Of a DNA stretch of 64,000 nt, positions 19,241 through 29,833 are shown one piece after another. The stretch is taken from positions 3,296,001 to 3,360,000 of the forward strand of contig OZ242318.1 in NCBI GenBank assembly GCA_965208105.1. Reading direction: 5' to 3'. Source of the DNA: Candidatus Latescibacterota bacterium (GTDB taxonomy: Bacteria; Latescibacterota; UBA2968; UBA8231). The translations under genes were made by a program, and so were the position numbers. The notes beneath the pieces are model-generated. The model made no database searches and was not told the DNA's origin. It was given only the letters and a program-made list of their open reading frames with translations. Within the stretch, counting starts at the first letter, position 1. Every line of letters starts with the position of its first letter.

Positions 19241-20363
19241 CAAAGCGTATAGCCCTGGGCTGGAGGGGGTCGCCGCCGGCGAGTCGGCCATTTCGCAGAT
19301 CGACATCGAACTCAATCGCCTCGTCATCCGCGGTTGCGACCTGGTGGAGTTGACCGAGCGGGCTTCCTTCGAGGAAGTCGCCCATCTTCTGCTCTACGAG
19401 GATCTGCCCGATGAGGAGGAGCTCGGGCAGTTCAAAGAGCTGCTGTGTGCCGAACGCCATCTTCCCGGCAGGGTTCTTGATCTGCTGCGCAATGCCCCGA
19501 AATGTGCGCATCCCATGAGCCTGCTGCGGACGGCGGTATCGGCTCTCGCCATCGAGGATGCGGAGGCCGGGGACAACAGCCACGAAGCCAACGTGCGCAA
19601 GGCGATCCGCCTGATCGCCAAAATTCCCCTTCTCATTACCGCTGGACAGCGGCTGGCGGAGGGGAAGGAACCAGTTGCACCAAAGGAGAATTTGGGGCAG
19701 GCGGCCAATCTGCTATACATGCTGCGAGAGGAGGAACCGGCCGCTGACGAAGTAAGAGCCATGGATACTTCCCTGATCCTCTACGCCGAGCACGGATACA
19801 ACGCTTCCACTTTCACGGCGCGGGTGACGGCGTCCACTTTGAGCGATATCTACTCGGCGGTCACCGCGGCGATTGGAGCACTGGCCGGACCACTGCACGG
19901 TGGGGCGAACGAAAAGGCGATGGAGATGCTTCTGGAGATTGGAGAGAGGAAGAACGCCGAACGATGGGTCCTGGACGCGCTGTCCGCCAGAAAGAAGATC
20001 ATGGGCTTCGGGCACCGCGAGTACAAGACAGGAGATTCGCGCGTGCCATCGATGAAAAGGGTGGGCAGGGAGATCGCCGTTGCAAAGGGGGGGGCGAAAT
20101 GGCCTGAGTTGGCCGATATCGTCGAGGCGACCATGGAGCGGGAGAAGGGAATATATGCGAATGTGGACTTCCCCTGTGGCTATGTCTACTACATGATGGG
20201 GATTCCCATTCAGCTCTTCACGCCGATCTTTGTCTCCAGCAGGGTTGCCGGATGGGCAGCCCACGTGATCGAGCAGCACGACAATAACAGGCTGATCAGG
20301 CCGGGCCACATCTACACGGGAGTGAAAAACCGGGCGGTTCGGGGAGTTGGTGAGAGAGGGTGA
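19233..20363 (+). CDS. prpC: (2-methyl)citrate synthase
   Basis: YSPGLEGV, YAEHGYNASTF, GPLHGGANE, MGFGHR and NVDF. Confidence 0.88.
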   Translation: MNDKAYSPGLEGVAAGESAISQIDIELNRLVIRGCDLVELTERASFEEVAHLLLYEDLPDEEELGQFKELLCAERHLPGRVLDLLRNAPKCAHPMSLLRTAVSALAIEDAEAGDNSHEANVRKAIRLIAKIPLLITAGQRLAEGKEPVAPKENLGQAANLLYMLREEEPAADEVRAMDTSLILYAEHGYNASTFTARVTASTLSDIYSAVTAAIGALAGPLHGGANEKAMEMLLEIGERKNAERWVLDALSARKKIMGFGHREYKTGDSRVPSMKRVGREIAVAKGGAKWPELADIVEATMEREKGIYANVDFPCGYVYYMMGIPIQLFTPIFVSSRVAGWAAHVIEQHDNNRLIRPGHIYTGVKNRAVRGVGERG

Positions 20364-20447
20364 GGGGAAAGAATCCTTCCTGCAGGCAGGTCCGGGCAAG
20401 CTCTAACCTGGCATCGCGCCGTGAGACCGCTGAGGTGGCGCGCTGCT

Positions 20448-21014
20448 TCATTGGCGATGGGCATCCTTCGGCGAGGGCGGCCTGCGCTGTTGCAGAAGGT
20501 AGGTGCGAACCTCCTGCAGGAAGGATTGCACCGCTTCGGTCCGGTAGTCGGGATAGGTCCAATCAAAAGGGCGGAAGCGTCCCTTCTGGAAGAGAAGCGT
20601 AGTCTCTGCGTAGAGGCCCGGGGCGATGCAGATCCGGTGGCCGCTGTACTTGGTGCTGGCCAGCACCATGCTTTCAAGGGAAACCAGGCCCGGGTCGATG
20701 TTGGTGCGCCTGCATGTCTTTCCTTCCCTTGTTTCCGCCATTTCCCGTTCCAACTCCATGGTCTTGTGCTTTATCCCGGGAAGCTCAGCCGGGTCCACGA
20801 GTGGCTCGAACCATAGTATCTGCTTGATCAGGGAAGGTCCCATTTCCCTCTCGTAGTAGGAGGTGTATTCGAAAGGATAGGCAGGTCCCTGCCGGCGGAC
20901 TGGATGTATCCGGGATTCCAGCCGGTACCTGGTTTCCTCGAGAATGGCCTGGTTTCGAGCCAGGGTCGCGCAGACCAGGGCGACGGGGCCGGCCCCCTTC
21001 AGATCGACGGGCAT
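20448..21014 (-). CDS. DUF4416-family protein
   Basis: F..TSYYE.EMG..L, RRTNIDPG and VLASTK...HRI motifs. Confidence 0.75.
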   Translation of the reverse strand: MPVDLKGAGPVALVCATLARNQAILEETRYRLESRIHPVRRQGPAYPFEYTSYYEREMGPSLIKQILWFEPLVDPAELPGIKHKTMELEREMAETREGKTCRRTNIDPGLVSLESMVLASTKYSGHRICIAPGLYAETTLLFQKGRFRPFDWTYPDYRTEAVQSFLQEVRTYLLQQRRPPSPKDAHRQ

Positions 21015-21066
21015 GGCGAGTTCGGTATCTCCAGGTGAATGATAAATAGTAGGGAAAAGGATAGAA

Positions 21067-21783
21067 ATGAAACAGACCGGTATTCCTCGCAAGGTCCTCG
21101 GACAGTTGCTCCTTCCCAGCACGGCGACCATTACCTCTGTATTGAAGAAGCGGGGCCTGAGCAACACCTTCATGCACGATGTGGTCCCCCTGGCGCCCGA
21201 TATGAAGATGGCAGGGCCGGCGTTTACCCTGCGCTATATTCCCGCCCGCGAAGATCTCGACACGGGCGAGGTGGACAACCTGACGGATGTGCAGCGCATC
21301 GGCATCGAGCGCATCGGCCGGGGTGATATCCTGGTAATCGATGCGCGGGGCGACACCAGGGCAGGCACCATGGGCGATATCCTGGCGACCCGGATAATGG
21401 TGCGCGGCGGTGCCGGCATTGTTACCGACGGGGCTTTTCGCGACGCTCCCGCCATTGCGAAAAGCGGCCTGGCGGCGTATTCGGCAGCCATGAATGCCCA
21501 CACCAACAAGACCATTCACCACCCTTCAGAGATTCAGGTGCCGATCGGCTGTGGGGGTGTGGCGGTTTTTCCCGGAGATATTGTCGTGGGTGATGGGGAG
21601 GGGGTCGTGGTGGTTCCGGCGCACCTGGCGGATTGGGTTGCCCGGGAATCGGTGGAACAGGAAGAGAGGGAGGAATTTATCCGGGAGAAGATCCGCGCGG
21701 GAGCCAGTCTCGTCGGGACCTATCCGCCGGACGAAAGGACCATGGCAGAATTTGCCGAGTGGAAGAGGAAAAGCGGAGGATAG
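21067..21783 (+). CDS. RraA-family protein / HMG-CHA aldolase-like
   Basis: GPAFTLRY.P.RED, GTMGDIL, DGAFRD and CGGVAVFPGDIVVGD.EGVVV.P. Confidence 0.88.
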   Translation: MKQTGIPRKVLGQLLLPSTATITSVLKKRGLSNTFMHDVVPLAPDMKMAGPAFTLRYIPAREDLDTGEVDNLTDVQRIGIERIGRGDILVIDARGDTRAGTMGDILATRIMVRGGAGIVTDGAFRDAPAIAKSGLAAYSAAMNAHTNKTIHHPSEIQVPIGCGGVAVFPGDIVVGDGEGVVVVPAHLADWVARESVEQEEREEFIREKIRAGASLVGTYPPDERTMAEFAEWKRKSGG

Positions 21784-21832
21784 GCCACGGTTCGATGGAG
21801 GGGCCAGGGAAGGACATCCTCCTTGGTTGCCC

Positions 21833-23260
21833 TCAGTCCGGTGCAGTGGACCAGGGTTCGCTCGCGGATTTGGAGGGGTGATCTTCGATTACGCGCATGT
21901 CTTTCCACTGGCCGGCGCGAAATCGCAGGTAGAAGGCAATCCCTGCCACAACGATGTATGCGCACAGGATGGACCACAGGCCATAGATTCCGACGTCGAA
22001 ATAGGATAGAGCCAGAAATCCTGGAATGACCATGAGGGCCCAGCTCAACCCGACTGACAGGCAGAGGACGTAGCGCGTATCGCCGGCCCCTTTGAGGGCG
22101 GCCGTGAAGACAATGTACATGGCGTCGAAGACACAGTAGACGGCCACGATGCGCAGCAGGACCAGGGCTGTGGACCGGGCGGCGGTGAAAGCCGCCCCCT
22201 GGGCCCGCGCGTCGAAGGGCAGCAGGAACAACTCGGGTGTGAACACGTAAGCGAGAGCCATGCCCGTCATGTAGAGGAAGGCGAAGTGGAATCCCGTCCA
22301 GGTGCAGTACTCCGCCTGGTGCGGGCGATTCTGACCCAGGCGTTGGCCTACCATGGTAGATACGGCGATGCTGCACCCGATGAGGGGCATGAATGCCAGG
22401 CTGTTGATGTTGGCGGCCAGGTTGCTGGCGGCCAGTTCGACCATGCCGAGCCGGCCCGTGAGCAGGATGAACAGGGAGAAGGCCATGATGTCGAGCATGA
22501 AGGTCAGGCCGCTTGGGCCGCCGAAGCGAAGAAGCCGGCGGAAAAGGGGGAAATTGAACCTCCACCCTTGCAGGGTTTTGAATTCCTCCCGGTAGCCTCG
22601 TTGCAGCATCAATCCCAGAAACAAAAGTGCCGAGAACAAGGTGGCGATGTTGGTTGCCCAGGCCGCTCCCCGGATGCCCCATGCGGGCAGCCCCCATCTG
22701 CCGAAGATGAGACCGTAGTCGAGGACGATATTGAAGGACGTATAGGCGATGTTGACGGCCAGAACCGTCCAGGTTTTGCCGCGGCCGCTGAAAAAACAGG
22801 AAGCTGAGGTGGAAACCACCAGCGGAAAGAAACCGTAGCAGAGGATGCGGAAGTAAACTATCTCTTTTTCCCGTATGGCCGGATCGTGTCCGATCAAGTC
22901 GAATAGCGGTCTGGCCAGCGCAACCAGAGCCAATCCGAAGAGGGCGGCCAGTAGGGCCAGGTAAGCTCCCTGCCAGACGACGGGACCCACGTTCCGGGGC
23001 CGGCGGGCGCCGACGTACTGGGCGACGAAGGTGTTGATGTAGCCGGCGATTCCCAGGAATAGACTGACAAAGGTGAAGTTGGTCATCCCCGCCGGCATGG
23101 CGGCGGCAAGATCCTGGGTGGAGTGCCAGGTGAGAAAGACGCGGTCGACAAAGTGCTGGATGCTCCAACTGGCGGTGCTGAGTACGAGGGGGATGGCAAT
23201 CCCGAAAAATTCGCGGTATCCACCCTCCGCGCCCCATCTATGCTGCAGGTAGCCGATCAC
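21833..23260 (-). CDS. MATE-family efflux transporter
   Basis: About 12 TM segments in two halves; FVAQYVGA, NIVLDYGLIFGRWGLP..GI.GAA.AT, VGQ.LG and ALKGAGDT. Confidence 0.92.
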   Translation of the reverse strand: MIGYLQHRWGAEGGYREFFGIAIPLVLSTASWSIQHFVDRVFLTWHSTQDLAAAMPAGMTNFTFVSLFLGIAGYINTFVAQYVGARRPRNVGPVVWQGAYLALLAALFGLALVALARPLFDLIGHDPAIREKEIVYFRILCYGFFPLVVSTSASCFFSGRGKTWTVLAVNIAYTSFNIVLDYGLIFGRWGLPAWGIRGAAWATNIATLFSALLFLGLMLQRGYREEFKTLQGWRFNFPLFRRLLRFGGPSGLTFMLDIMAFSLFILLTGRLGMVELAASNLAANINSLAFMPLIGCSIAVSTMVGQRLGQNRPHQAEYCTWTGFHFAFLYMTGMALAYVFTPELFLLPFDARAQGAAFTAARSTALVLLRIVAVYCVFDAMYIVFTAALKGAGDTRYVLCLSVGLSWALMVIPGFLALSYFDVGIYGLWSILCAYIVVAGIAFYLRFRAGQWKDMRVIEDHPSKSASEPWSTAPD

Positions 23261-23665
23261 TTGACTCCATACTCTAATCGGTTCATCATTCCAGATTTAT
23301 CGTGGATGAAGGAATTCGGGCCTGGGTGGGAGAACAAGGCCGCCGTGCCGCCTCTTCCAGTGGTTCCCTCCGTCGGGAGCCATGCCCTCGCTCGCTCGCG
23401 ACCGGGAGGAGGCAGGTTTTCCTGGGGGGTCTCACCTTGTTTCGGTGAGGTTGGATCCTCCTGGAGGAATATGGCAATAAAGTAGAAGGAGGAAAAGAAA
23501 CCCGGCCCTGCCCACGTTGCCGCGGTCAACGGAAGGGTGATATGCGCCTGCTTCAGCTATGAAGAGCGAGGGATGTATCGCGAGGGAGATGGGGAGCGCC
23601 GTTTTCTCCTGTTGGAGCTTGCAGTAGAACCGGATTTGCAGTAAACGAAGCCACAGGGAGGTATC

Positions 23666-24010
23666 ATGGCCGAAGTGAAAATCTACCACAATCCGGAGTG
23701 CAGCAAAAGCCGTCAGACTCTCGACCTTGTCAGGGCGAGGGGAGTCGAGCCGGAGATCGTCGAATACCTGGAGAACCCACCGGACGAAAGGACGCTGGAA
23801 CTGCTCCTGTCGAAATTGGGCATAGAGCCTGAGGAACTGGTCCGCAAAAAGGAGGATTTGTACGAAGAGTTGAACCTTGAGCAGGCCGACCGCCGGGAGT
23901 TGATTGCGGCAATGGTGGAGAATCCCGTTCTGATCGAGCGACCAATAGTGGTGAAGGGCGAGCAGGCAACGCTCGGTCGGCCGCCCGAAAATGTCCTGAA
24001 TATTCTGTAG
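23666..24010 (+). CDS. arsC: Arsenate reductase (glutaredoxin-dependent ArsC family)
   Basis: IYHNPECSKSR, LIERPIV and LGRPPENV. Confidence 0.88.
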   Translation: MAEVKIYHNPECSKSRQTLDLVRARGVEPEIVEYLENPPDERTLELLLSKLGIEPEELVRKKEDLYEELNLEQADRRELIAAMVENPVLIERPIVVKGEQATLGRPPENVLNIL

Positions 24011-24017
24011 GCGCTGC

Positions 24018-24632
24018 GTGCAGTCGCTCAAGCTTGGTTTTTTGGCCTCCCACGGCGGCAGCAACATGCAGGCCATTATCGACGCCTGCAAGAAGGGACG
24101 GCTGCATGCCGACCCCAGGGTGGTGATCAGCAACAACTCGAATTCCGGCGCCCTGGAGCGCGCGCGGAGAGAAGGCATCCCGGCTTTTCACTTGAGTGGG
24201 CGTACCCATCCCGACCCGGGTGAGCTGGAGAAGGCGATCCTTGCAACTTTGAAGCGACGGGGCGCCGAGGTGGTCTGTCTGACCGGCTACATGAAGCGGC
24301 TGGGTGCGGCTGTGGTGTCGGCCTACCGCGGCCGCATCCTGAACATTCACCCCGCCTTGCTGCCCAAGTTCGGAGGCAGGGGGTTGTACGGGCGGGCAGT
24401 GCACGAGGCCGTGCTGGCGGCCGGCGAGAAAGAGAGCGGGGCGACGGTGCATCTGGTGGACGAAGAGTACGACCACGGACCTGTGCTGGCGCAAAGAAAG
24501 GTGGCCGTGATGGCCGGCGACGACCCGGATGTGCTGTCGGCGCGGGTTCTGCGGCAGGAGCACATTCTCTACGCGGAGGTCCTGCAAAAGATAGCCCGGG
24601 GCGAGATCCTGCTGGTGGATGTCGGCGCTTGA
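24018..24632 (+). CDS. purN: Phosphoribosylglycinamide formyltransferase
   Basis: SHGGSNMQA, LNIHPALLP.FGG.G and GATVHLVD.EYDHGP. Confidence 0.95.
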   Translation: MQSLKLGFLASHGGSNMQAIIDACKKGRLHADPRVVISNNSNSGALERARREGIPAFHLSGRTHPDPGELEKAILATLKRRGAEVVCLTGYMKRLGAAVVSAYRGRILNIHPALLPKFGGRGLYGRAVHEAVLAAGEKESGATVHLVDEEYDHGPVLAQRKVAVMAGDDPDVLSARVLRQEHILYAEVLQKIARGEILLVDVGA

Positions 24633-24644
24633 GAGGGGGATGGA

Positions 24645-24773
24645 CTAGTGTTGCGTCCCAGAAATATGTCGCCATTTTTCCGCCGATCCATCCCGGTTCA
24701 CGGCGTTGCGCTCCCTCCCCGAATCCCCTCGATTCGCCTCGGCGGCCCAATTTCGTCAACCTATCTCTGCTAG
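24645..24773. mobile_element. Degenerate, internally deleted copy of the CTAG-flanked mini-element
   Basis: ATATGTCGCCATTTTTCCGCCGATCCATCCCGGTTCACGGCGTTGC and CGCCTCGGCGGCCCAATTTCGTCAACCTATCTCTGC match the reverse complement of 2829-2996; CTAG at both ends. Confidence 0.75.
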
Positions 24774-24963
24774 GGTGGCAAATCTCTGCCGACCTCTATC
24801 CTCTTCCCCGTGGTTCCCCTGGTCCCTTTTCAATCGCCCTGCAAATCAGTAAGGGCTATATTATCCATCGGCGCGGTCCCGGCGCCGGACTTCCGCCGAT
24901 CAGCGCCGCCGCCGGTGAAAAACACTTCCAACACCCACCATCTTCAAGCTCGGAGTCGCCACC

Positions 24964-26175
24964 ATGGTAAAGGAAAAAGACTACAAGGTCCGCTCAATTC
25001 CCTGCAGTCACAAGGCTTCCCCCGAGGAGATCTACCAGAGGCTCAAGGCGGTTACCGCCCCGCTCACGCGCTCCTGGGAGAAGATCGAGAGGGCCCGCAA
25101 TGTAGGGATAAAGGTCAACATGCAGATGCGCACGGAGGACATCCGCCGCATCGGTGGCCGCCGCCAGGAACTGGTGGACGATGACGTGCTCCGCGCCGCC
25201 TTGCGCTTGCTGCGAGAACGCACCGACGCACGGATTTTCGTACTCGACACAAGCATGGTACCTGCGGGGCAGCGCCCCGGGGCCGATTTCAACATGGCCC
25301 CCGTTTTCGAGGAATTCGGGATCCCCTACGTGGAAGCCGGAGACCCTCCCTTCGAACGCTACAAGGTGCCGGGGGGCGGAGCGATGTTCGCAGAGTACCA
25401 GTTGTCGGCAGCTCTCGGCGAGGCCGACGCCTTCGTATCCATAGCCAAGATGAAAAACCACGGCTTCATGGGGATCACCCTGTGCCTGAAGAACCTGTTC
25501 GGCCTGCCGCCCATACCGCCCCACGGCCGCTTGCGGACCTATTTTCACCATGTCATTAGGCTTTCGTACGTGCTGCCGGATCTCGGAATGATTACCCGGC
25601 CCTGCCTCAATATCATCGACGCACTAACGGGACAGGCGCGCCGGGAGTGGGGAGGCGAAGGACGGATCTGCGACGCGCTCATTGCGGGGGACCAGGTTGT
25701 TGCAACCGACGCCTGCGGCACCTACCTGATGGGGACGGACCCGCGCCTGGATTGGCCCAATCCACCCTACCGGCGCGACCGCAGTCCCATTGTGGTGGCC
25801 GCCGAGCACGGATTCGGCACGGTGGACCTGGATGAGATCGACTTCGACTCTGGAGGGTTGCAGCCTCCCCTTGCGGAGTTCGATTCGGCGGAGTTGGTCC
25901 CCGGTGAAAGAATCGCCAGCCTGCGCCGGACCGCATGTGAACAAGCATTGTTCTACCGCGAGCATCGCCAGCGCCTGTGCGGGCGCTACGGCGGGTCTTT
26001 CATATTTCTGCAGGATGGAGAGGTGGTCTGGAGCGGCGCCAAGCCGGAGGAGGCGGGCGCGGTACAGGATGTCAGCGGGGATCGAAAGGATCAGGCGGTG
26101 TGGCTCAAGCTTGTCGATCCAGAGGAGAAGGAGGGAGAAAATATGGCGGTATACGAAGAGATTCAGGCGGCCTGA
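24964..26175 (+). CDS. DUF362 domain protein
   Basis: IKVN, SIAKMKNH...GITLCLKNLFG, IIDAL and VATD. Confidence 0.82.
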   Translation: MVKEKDYKVRSIPCSHKASPEEIYQRLKAVTAPLTRSWEKIERARNVGIKVNMQMRTEDIRRIGGRRQELVDDDVLRAALRLLRERTDARIFVLDTSMVPAGQRPGADFNMAPVFEEFGIPYVEAGDPPFERYKVPGGGAMFAEYQLSAALGEADAFVSIAKMKNHGFMGITLCLKNLFGLPPIPPHGRLRTYFHHVIRLSYVLPDLGMITRPCLNIIDALTGQARREWGGEGRICDALIAGDQVVATDACGTYLMGTDPRLDWPNPPYRRDRSPIVVAAEHGFGTVDLDEIDFDSGGLQPPLAEFDSAELVPGERIASLRRTACEQALFYREHRQRLCGRYGGSFIFLQDGEVVWSGAKPEEAGAVQDVSGDRKDQAVWLKLVDPEEKEGENMAVYEEIQAA

Positions 26176-26227
26176 GCAAAGTGCCGGGAAGCTTCATCAA
26201 AGCTGATTTGTTCAAGGAAGGATTGGT

Positions 26228-27010
26228 ATGGGGATACTCGACAAGTTTTCATTGAAGGGCCGCATCGCCCTGGTGTCCGGGGGAGCGGGACCCCTGTTCG
26301 GAAGCAGTATTTCTTCTGCCCTGGCTGAAGCCGGCGCTACCTTGATCACGGCGTCGAGGTCATTGGAACGCAACCGGGAGTTCGCCGAGAAATTGAACAG
26401 CCAGGGTTACGATGCCCACGCCATGGAGCTGGATATCACCGACCTGGAGTCCATCGAAGCCTTGAAAGCGGAGGTCGCGGGGAGGTTCGGCCGACTCGAC
26501 GTCCTGGTCAACAGCGCCCTGGCGATCAGAGGAGGCGGATTCGACGAGCAGACACCGCAAACATGGGAGTTTGGAGCCAAGGGCAACATGGTCGGACTTT
26601 TCGCCATGTGCAAGGCGTTCATTCCCGGCATGGTCGAACGAGGCAGGGGATCCGTCATCAACATTTCCAGTATTTACGGAGTGGTGGCGAACGATCCCAC
26701 CATCTACGAGGGCACGGAAATGAAACAGCCGCCCGACTATACCTTCGTGAAGGCCGGTATGATCAATTTCACCCGCTATCTGGCCAACTATTTCGGCAAG
26801 AAAGGGGTGCGCGCCAACTGCATTTGCCCGGGAGGTTACGACAGCGGCGATCCCGCCCCCTTCAGGGCCAACTATACAAAGCGCTGTCCCCTGGGACGGC
26901 TGTTGGACGACGAGGACATCAAGGGGTCGGTGGTCTTTCTCGCCTCCGACGCCTCGGCCTACGTCACCGGGCATGCTCTCATGGTGGATGGGGGGTGGAC
27001 CACCCTCTGA
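26228..27010 (+). CDS. SDR-family oxidoreductase
   Basis: SGGAG..FG, LDVLVNSA, Y..VK, VRANCICPGG and YVTG..L.VDGG. Confidence 0.92.
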   Translation: MGILDKFSLKGRIALVSGGAGPLFGSSISSALAEAGATLITASRSLERNREFAEKLNSQGYDAHAMELDITDLESIEALKAEVAGRFGRLDVLVNSALAIRGGGFDEQTPQTWEFGAKGNMVGLFAMCKAFIPGMVERGRGSVINISSIYGVVANDPTIYEGTEMKQPPDYTFVKAGMINFTRYLANYFGKKGVRANCICPGGYDSGDPAPFRANYTKRCPLGRLLDDEDIKGSVVFLASDASAYVTGHALMVDGGWTTL

Positions 27011-27112
27011 GCGTGCGGAGGAAGCCCGCACAGGGTAGCGGCCGGCCTTAAAGCAGAATCTCCTTGCGGCAAACCCGGGCACCCGCGGTCGTGGACCAGA
27101 TTCCCGCAGCCC

Positions 27113-28465
27113 CTATTGCGCCCGCAGATTGCCGAGCCGGAAGCGCCGCGGGTCTCCGAGGCGCAGGGCCAGATCATCAGCATCCATTCCCGTGTTCTCC
27201 ACGACCCAGTCCACCTCCGCCGCCAGTGGAGAGTCGAAGATGCCTGGATCGTCGGCGCCGATGGCCAGCTTCACGGTGGAGTCCAGGAAGCGATGCAAGG
27301 GATGACGGGAGGCCTCCGGCACACCGCCGATGCGCAGGTTGGAGGTGGGGCAGGACTCGATGACGGTGCCCAGCTCGACCAGGCGGTCGAGGACGAAGTC
27401 CTGGCGGCGGCGGATCTCTTCGAGCCGTTCCCGGGTGTAGGTGCTCCGCACCCTGGCTTCGGCGGGGCGCTGCCTCAAGGCGGACCGCTCTCGCTGCAGT
27501 GCTGGTCTGTCGACCTTCACACCGTAGCTTCGCAGCGAATCGCCGTAGCGCAGGTCATAGGCGATCTGGTCAACACGTTCGCTGGCGAGCTCCTCCTGGT
27601 GAGCATCCCGCCGCCGGGCCAGGGCTGTTTCCGGGTCGAGCCCCAGGGCAATGGCGTGGCCAAGGCGTGAAGCTCCCATCTCGGCTGCCTCGTGGCACCA
27701 GCGGATGGCGCTCTCCAGGGACTTGTCGAAATAGACTTCCCCTACGTGGTAGACCACCTGCAGGGCGCGCTCGGGGTTGAGCCTGTTGTCCCGGTTCAGG
27801 CGCTCGAAGAGGGGGCGCAAGGTCTTGGGGGGATAACCTTCCTCGAAGGAACAGAAGTCCAGGCCGACGATGGTGGGAATCAAATCCGGGCTCTCGTCGA
27901 AAAGCCGCTCTACCAGGGCGTACCCAACCAGGGGGGCCCGGCGCGGCAGGCTGATTATGTAGCGGGCTTCAAAGCCGTCGCGGCTGGCCTCCTGCATGAC
28001 GCGGGCATTGCGGCGGTGGGAGTTGATGAACCCTTCCGGATCTTCAACGGCGTAACTGTACATGGCGCGGTACTCGACGTAGTCGAGTCCCTCGGCGCGA
28101 TGGCGCTCGACGATGCGCCGCACTATCTCTTCCTCGCGGTGCAGCACCTGCCGCCAGTGGCGATAGAGACAGAAGATCAGGTTGTACTTGGCCTGGAAGC
28201 GTTCGAAACTCGCGCTGTCCGCTTCTTCGACAATGTAGTGCCGGTGGAAGCGCCTGAGCCCGCATGAGCGGCCGGCGAGCGCATCCCTGAACAGAGCAAC
28301 GGGATCGGGACGTGCGGCGAAGGCCTTCTCGTATCCCTCGATGAACAGATTCCAGTCTACCTCCTTGTAAACGTCTTCCCCCAGTTCAAGCAGGTCCTCG
28401 GCATAGATGCAGCCGCCGAGGTGGCAGTGGAGCTCGCAGCCTTTCAATATTCGCAAATCGGCCAT
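27113..28465 (-). CDS. Adenosine/AMP deaminase-like amidohydrolase
   Basis: ELHCHLGG, HVGE, RLGHA, ESCPTSN and GADDPGIF metal-binding motifs. Confidence 0.8.
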   Translation of the reverse strand: MADLRILKGCELHCHLGGCIYAEDLLELGEDVYKEVDWNLFIEGYEKAFAARPDPVALFRDALAGRSCGLRRFHRHYIVEEADSASFERFQAKYNLIFCLYRHWRQVLHREEEIVRRIVERHRAEGLDYVEYRAMYSYAVEDPEGFINSHRRNARVMQEASRDGFEARYIISLPRRAPLVGYALVERLFDESPDLIPTIVGLDFCSFEEGYPPKTLRPLFERLNRDNRLNPERALQVVYHVGEVYFDKSLESAIRWCHEAAEMGASRLGHAIALGLDPETALARRRDAHQEELASERVDQIAYDLRYGDSLRSYGVKVDRPALQRERSALRQRPAEARVRSTYTRERLEEIRRRQDFVLDRLVELGTVIESCPTSNLRIGGVPEASRHPLHRFLDSTVKLAIGADDPGIFDSPLAAEVDWVVENTGMDADDLALRLGDPRRFRLGNLRAQ

Positions 28466-28580
28466 AGGCCGGTTCCCGCTTTGAGAGTGGGGCAGGGTTG
28501 GGCTGGTCCGCGGCATTCGGAAACTGAGGCGACATGGGCGCTCGAATGCCTGGCCCGCTTTGGGGTGCAGCTCAGCGGAC

Positions 28581-29833
28581 TAGTGGTTCATCCATGTAGT
28601 AGTGCTGGATATAGGCGGTGCAGCTTGATGCGCGCATCGTCGGTGGTGAATTGCCATTTGACCCTTGCGGGGCACTTCTCGCGTTGTGCCAGCCAAGCGT
28701 GGACCTGTTTGCTCAGTTGCTGAATGCTACCGATGCGCCGGTCGAGACACTGACGGGTGAGCACCCTCAACCCGATTTCGGCCATATTGAGCCAGCTGCC
28801 TCGTTTCGGGGTGAAGTGGATGTCGATTTTATCGGCGATGTGTTTGGCTTCTTCGGGCGCAAAGACGTCATACAAGGCGGCCTTTCTGTGTGAACTCAGG
28901 TTGTCCATGACCACGGTGAGGGTATCGGCCTCCGGGTAGTAGCGATCGACCAGATCTTTGATCACCTGAGCCCACTCTTTGCTGGTGCGGCGCTGCGTGA
29001 CCTGGACGTGGCAACGACCGGTGAGCGGTTCCAGCATCATGAATACGTTGGCCACGCCGTTGCGGACATAGTGATGATCATACCGGGCCGGATGTCCGGG
29101 CATCGCCGGGAGAGGCGCCTGCACCTCTCCCACCAGTTGTTTGCTGGTCTCGTCCAGGCATACCGTGGGACGGTGGGGATCGTAGGGTCGGGTATAGACA
29201 TCCAGCACATCCTCCATGGCACAGACAAACTCGGCGCTGGGGGCGCCGGGCAGGCACCACATTTCCTGCCGCCAGGGCTTCAAGTCGTTTTTTTTAGCGT
29301 CTTGCGGACCGTTTCCGGGCTGACCCGGTTGACCACCTGCAACGAAACCAGGTGGTCGGCCAACAGTCTGAGGGTCCAGCACGTCCTCCCCTCCGGCGGC
29401 GGGCTACAGGCCAGGGCTACCAGACGAGCCTCCGCTTCCCCGTCGATGGTCTTGGCCCGGCGATTCGTTTGCTCCTTGCGTTGGAGGGCGGCCTCCAGGC
29501 CTTCTTCGACGAACCGTTTGCGCAGCCGCTCGACGGTGCTGGAATGGACCTCGAGCGCCTGACCGATCTGTTCGTCGGTCCAGCCGTCCCCGTGCGGTCC
29601 TTGATCCGTCTTGAGAAGAATCCGCGCATGGCGCTGCTTGAACGCAGCGGCTTTCCCCTTGGAGATGAGACCGTGCAAATAGCTGCGCTCCTCGGCAGTA
29701 AGTGTGACGAAGTATCTCTTCTTGGGCAACGCCGTACTCCTTTCCCGACAAAGGGGATCCGTAGAAAAAGATACGGCATGTCCACCAGGATGTACAGATC
29801 TTTATTCTGCAATACTACATTGACCGACCACTA
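28581..29833 (-). mobile_element. IS630-family insertion sequence, apparently intact
   Basis: Imperfect terminal inverted repeats (TAGTGGTTCATCCATGTAGTAGTGC versus the reverse complement of the other end, TAGTGGTCGGTCAATGTAGTATTGC); CTAG at both ends (TA duplication); two-ORF transposase. Confidence 0.93.
28588..29729 (-). CDS. IS630 transposase in two frames (HTH ORF 29280-29729, DDE ORF to 28588) joined by a -1 shift at an A8 run
   Basis: ARILL, WTLRLLA and KTLKKT| then KKNDLKPW, CLDET, VMDNL and WLNMAE; minus-strand CTAAAAAAAACGAC (T8 at 29288-29295). Confidence 0.9.
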
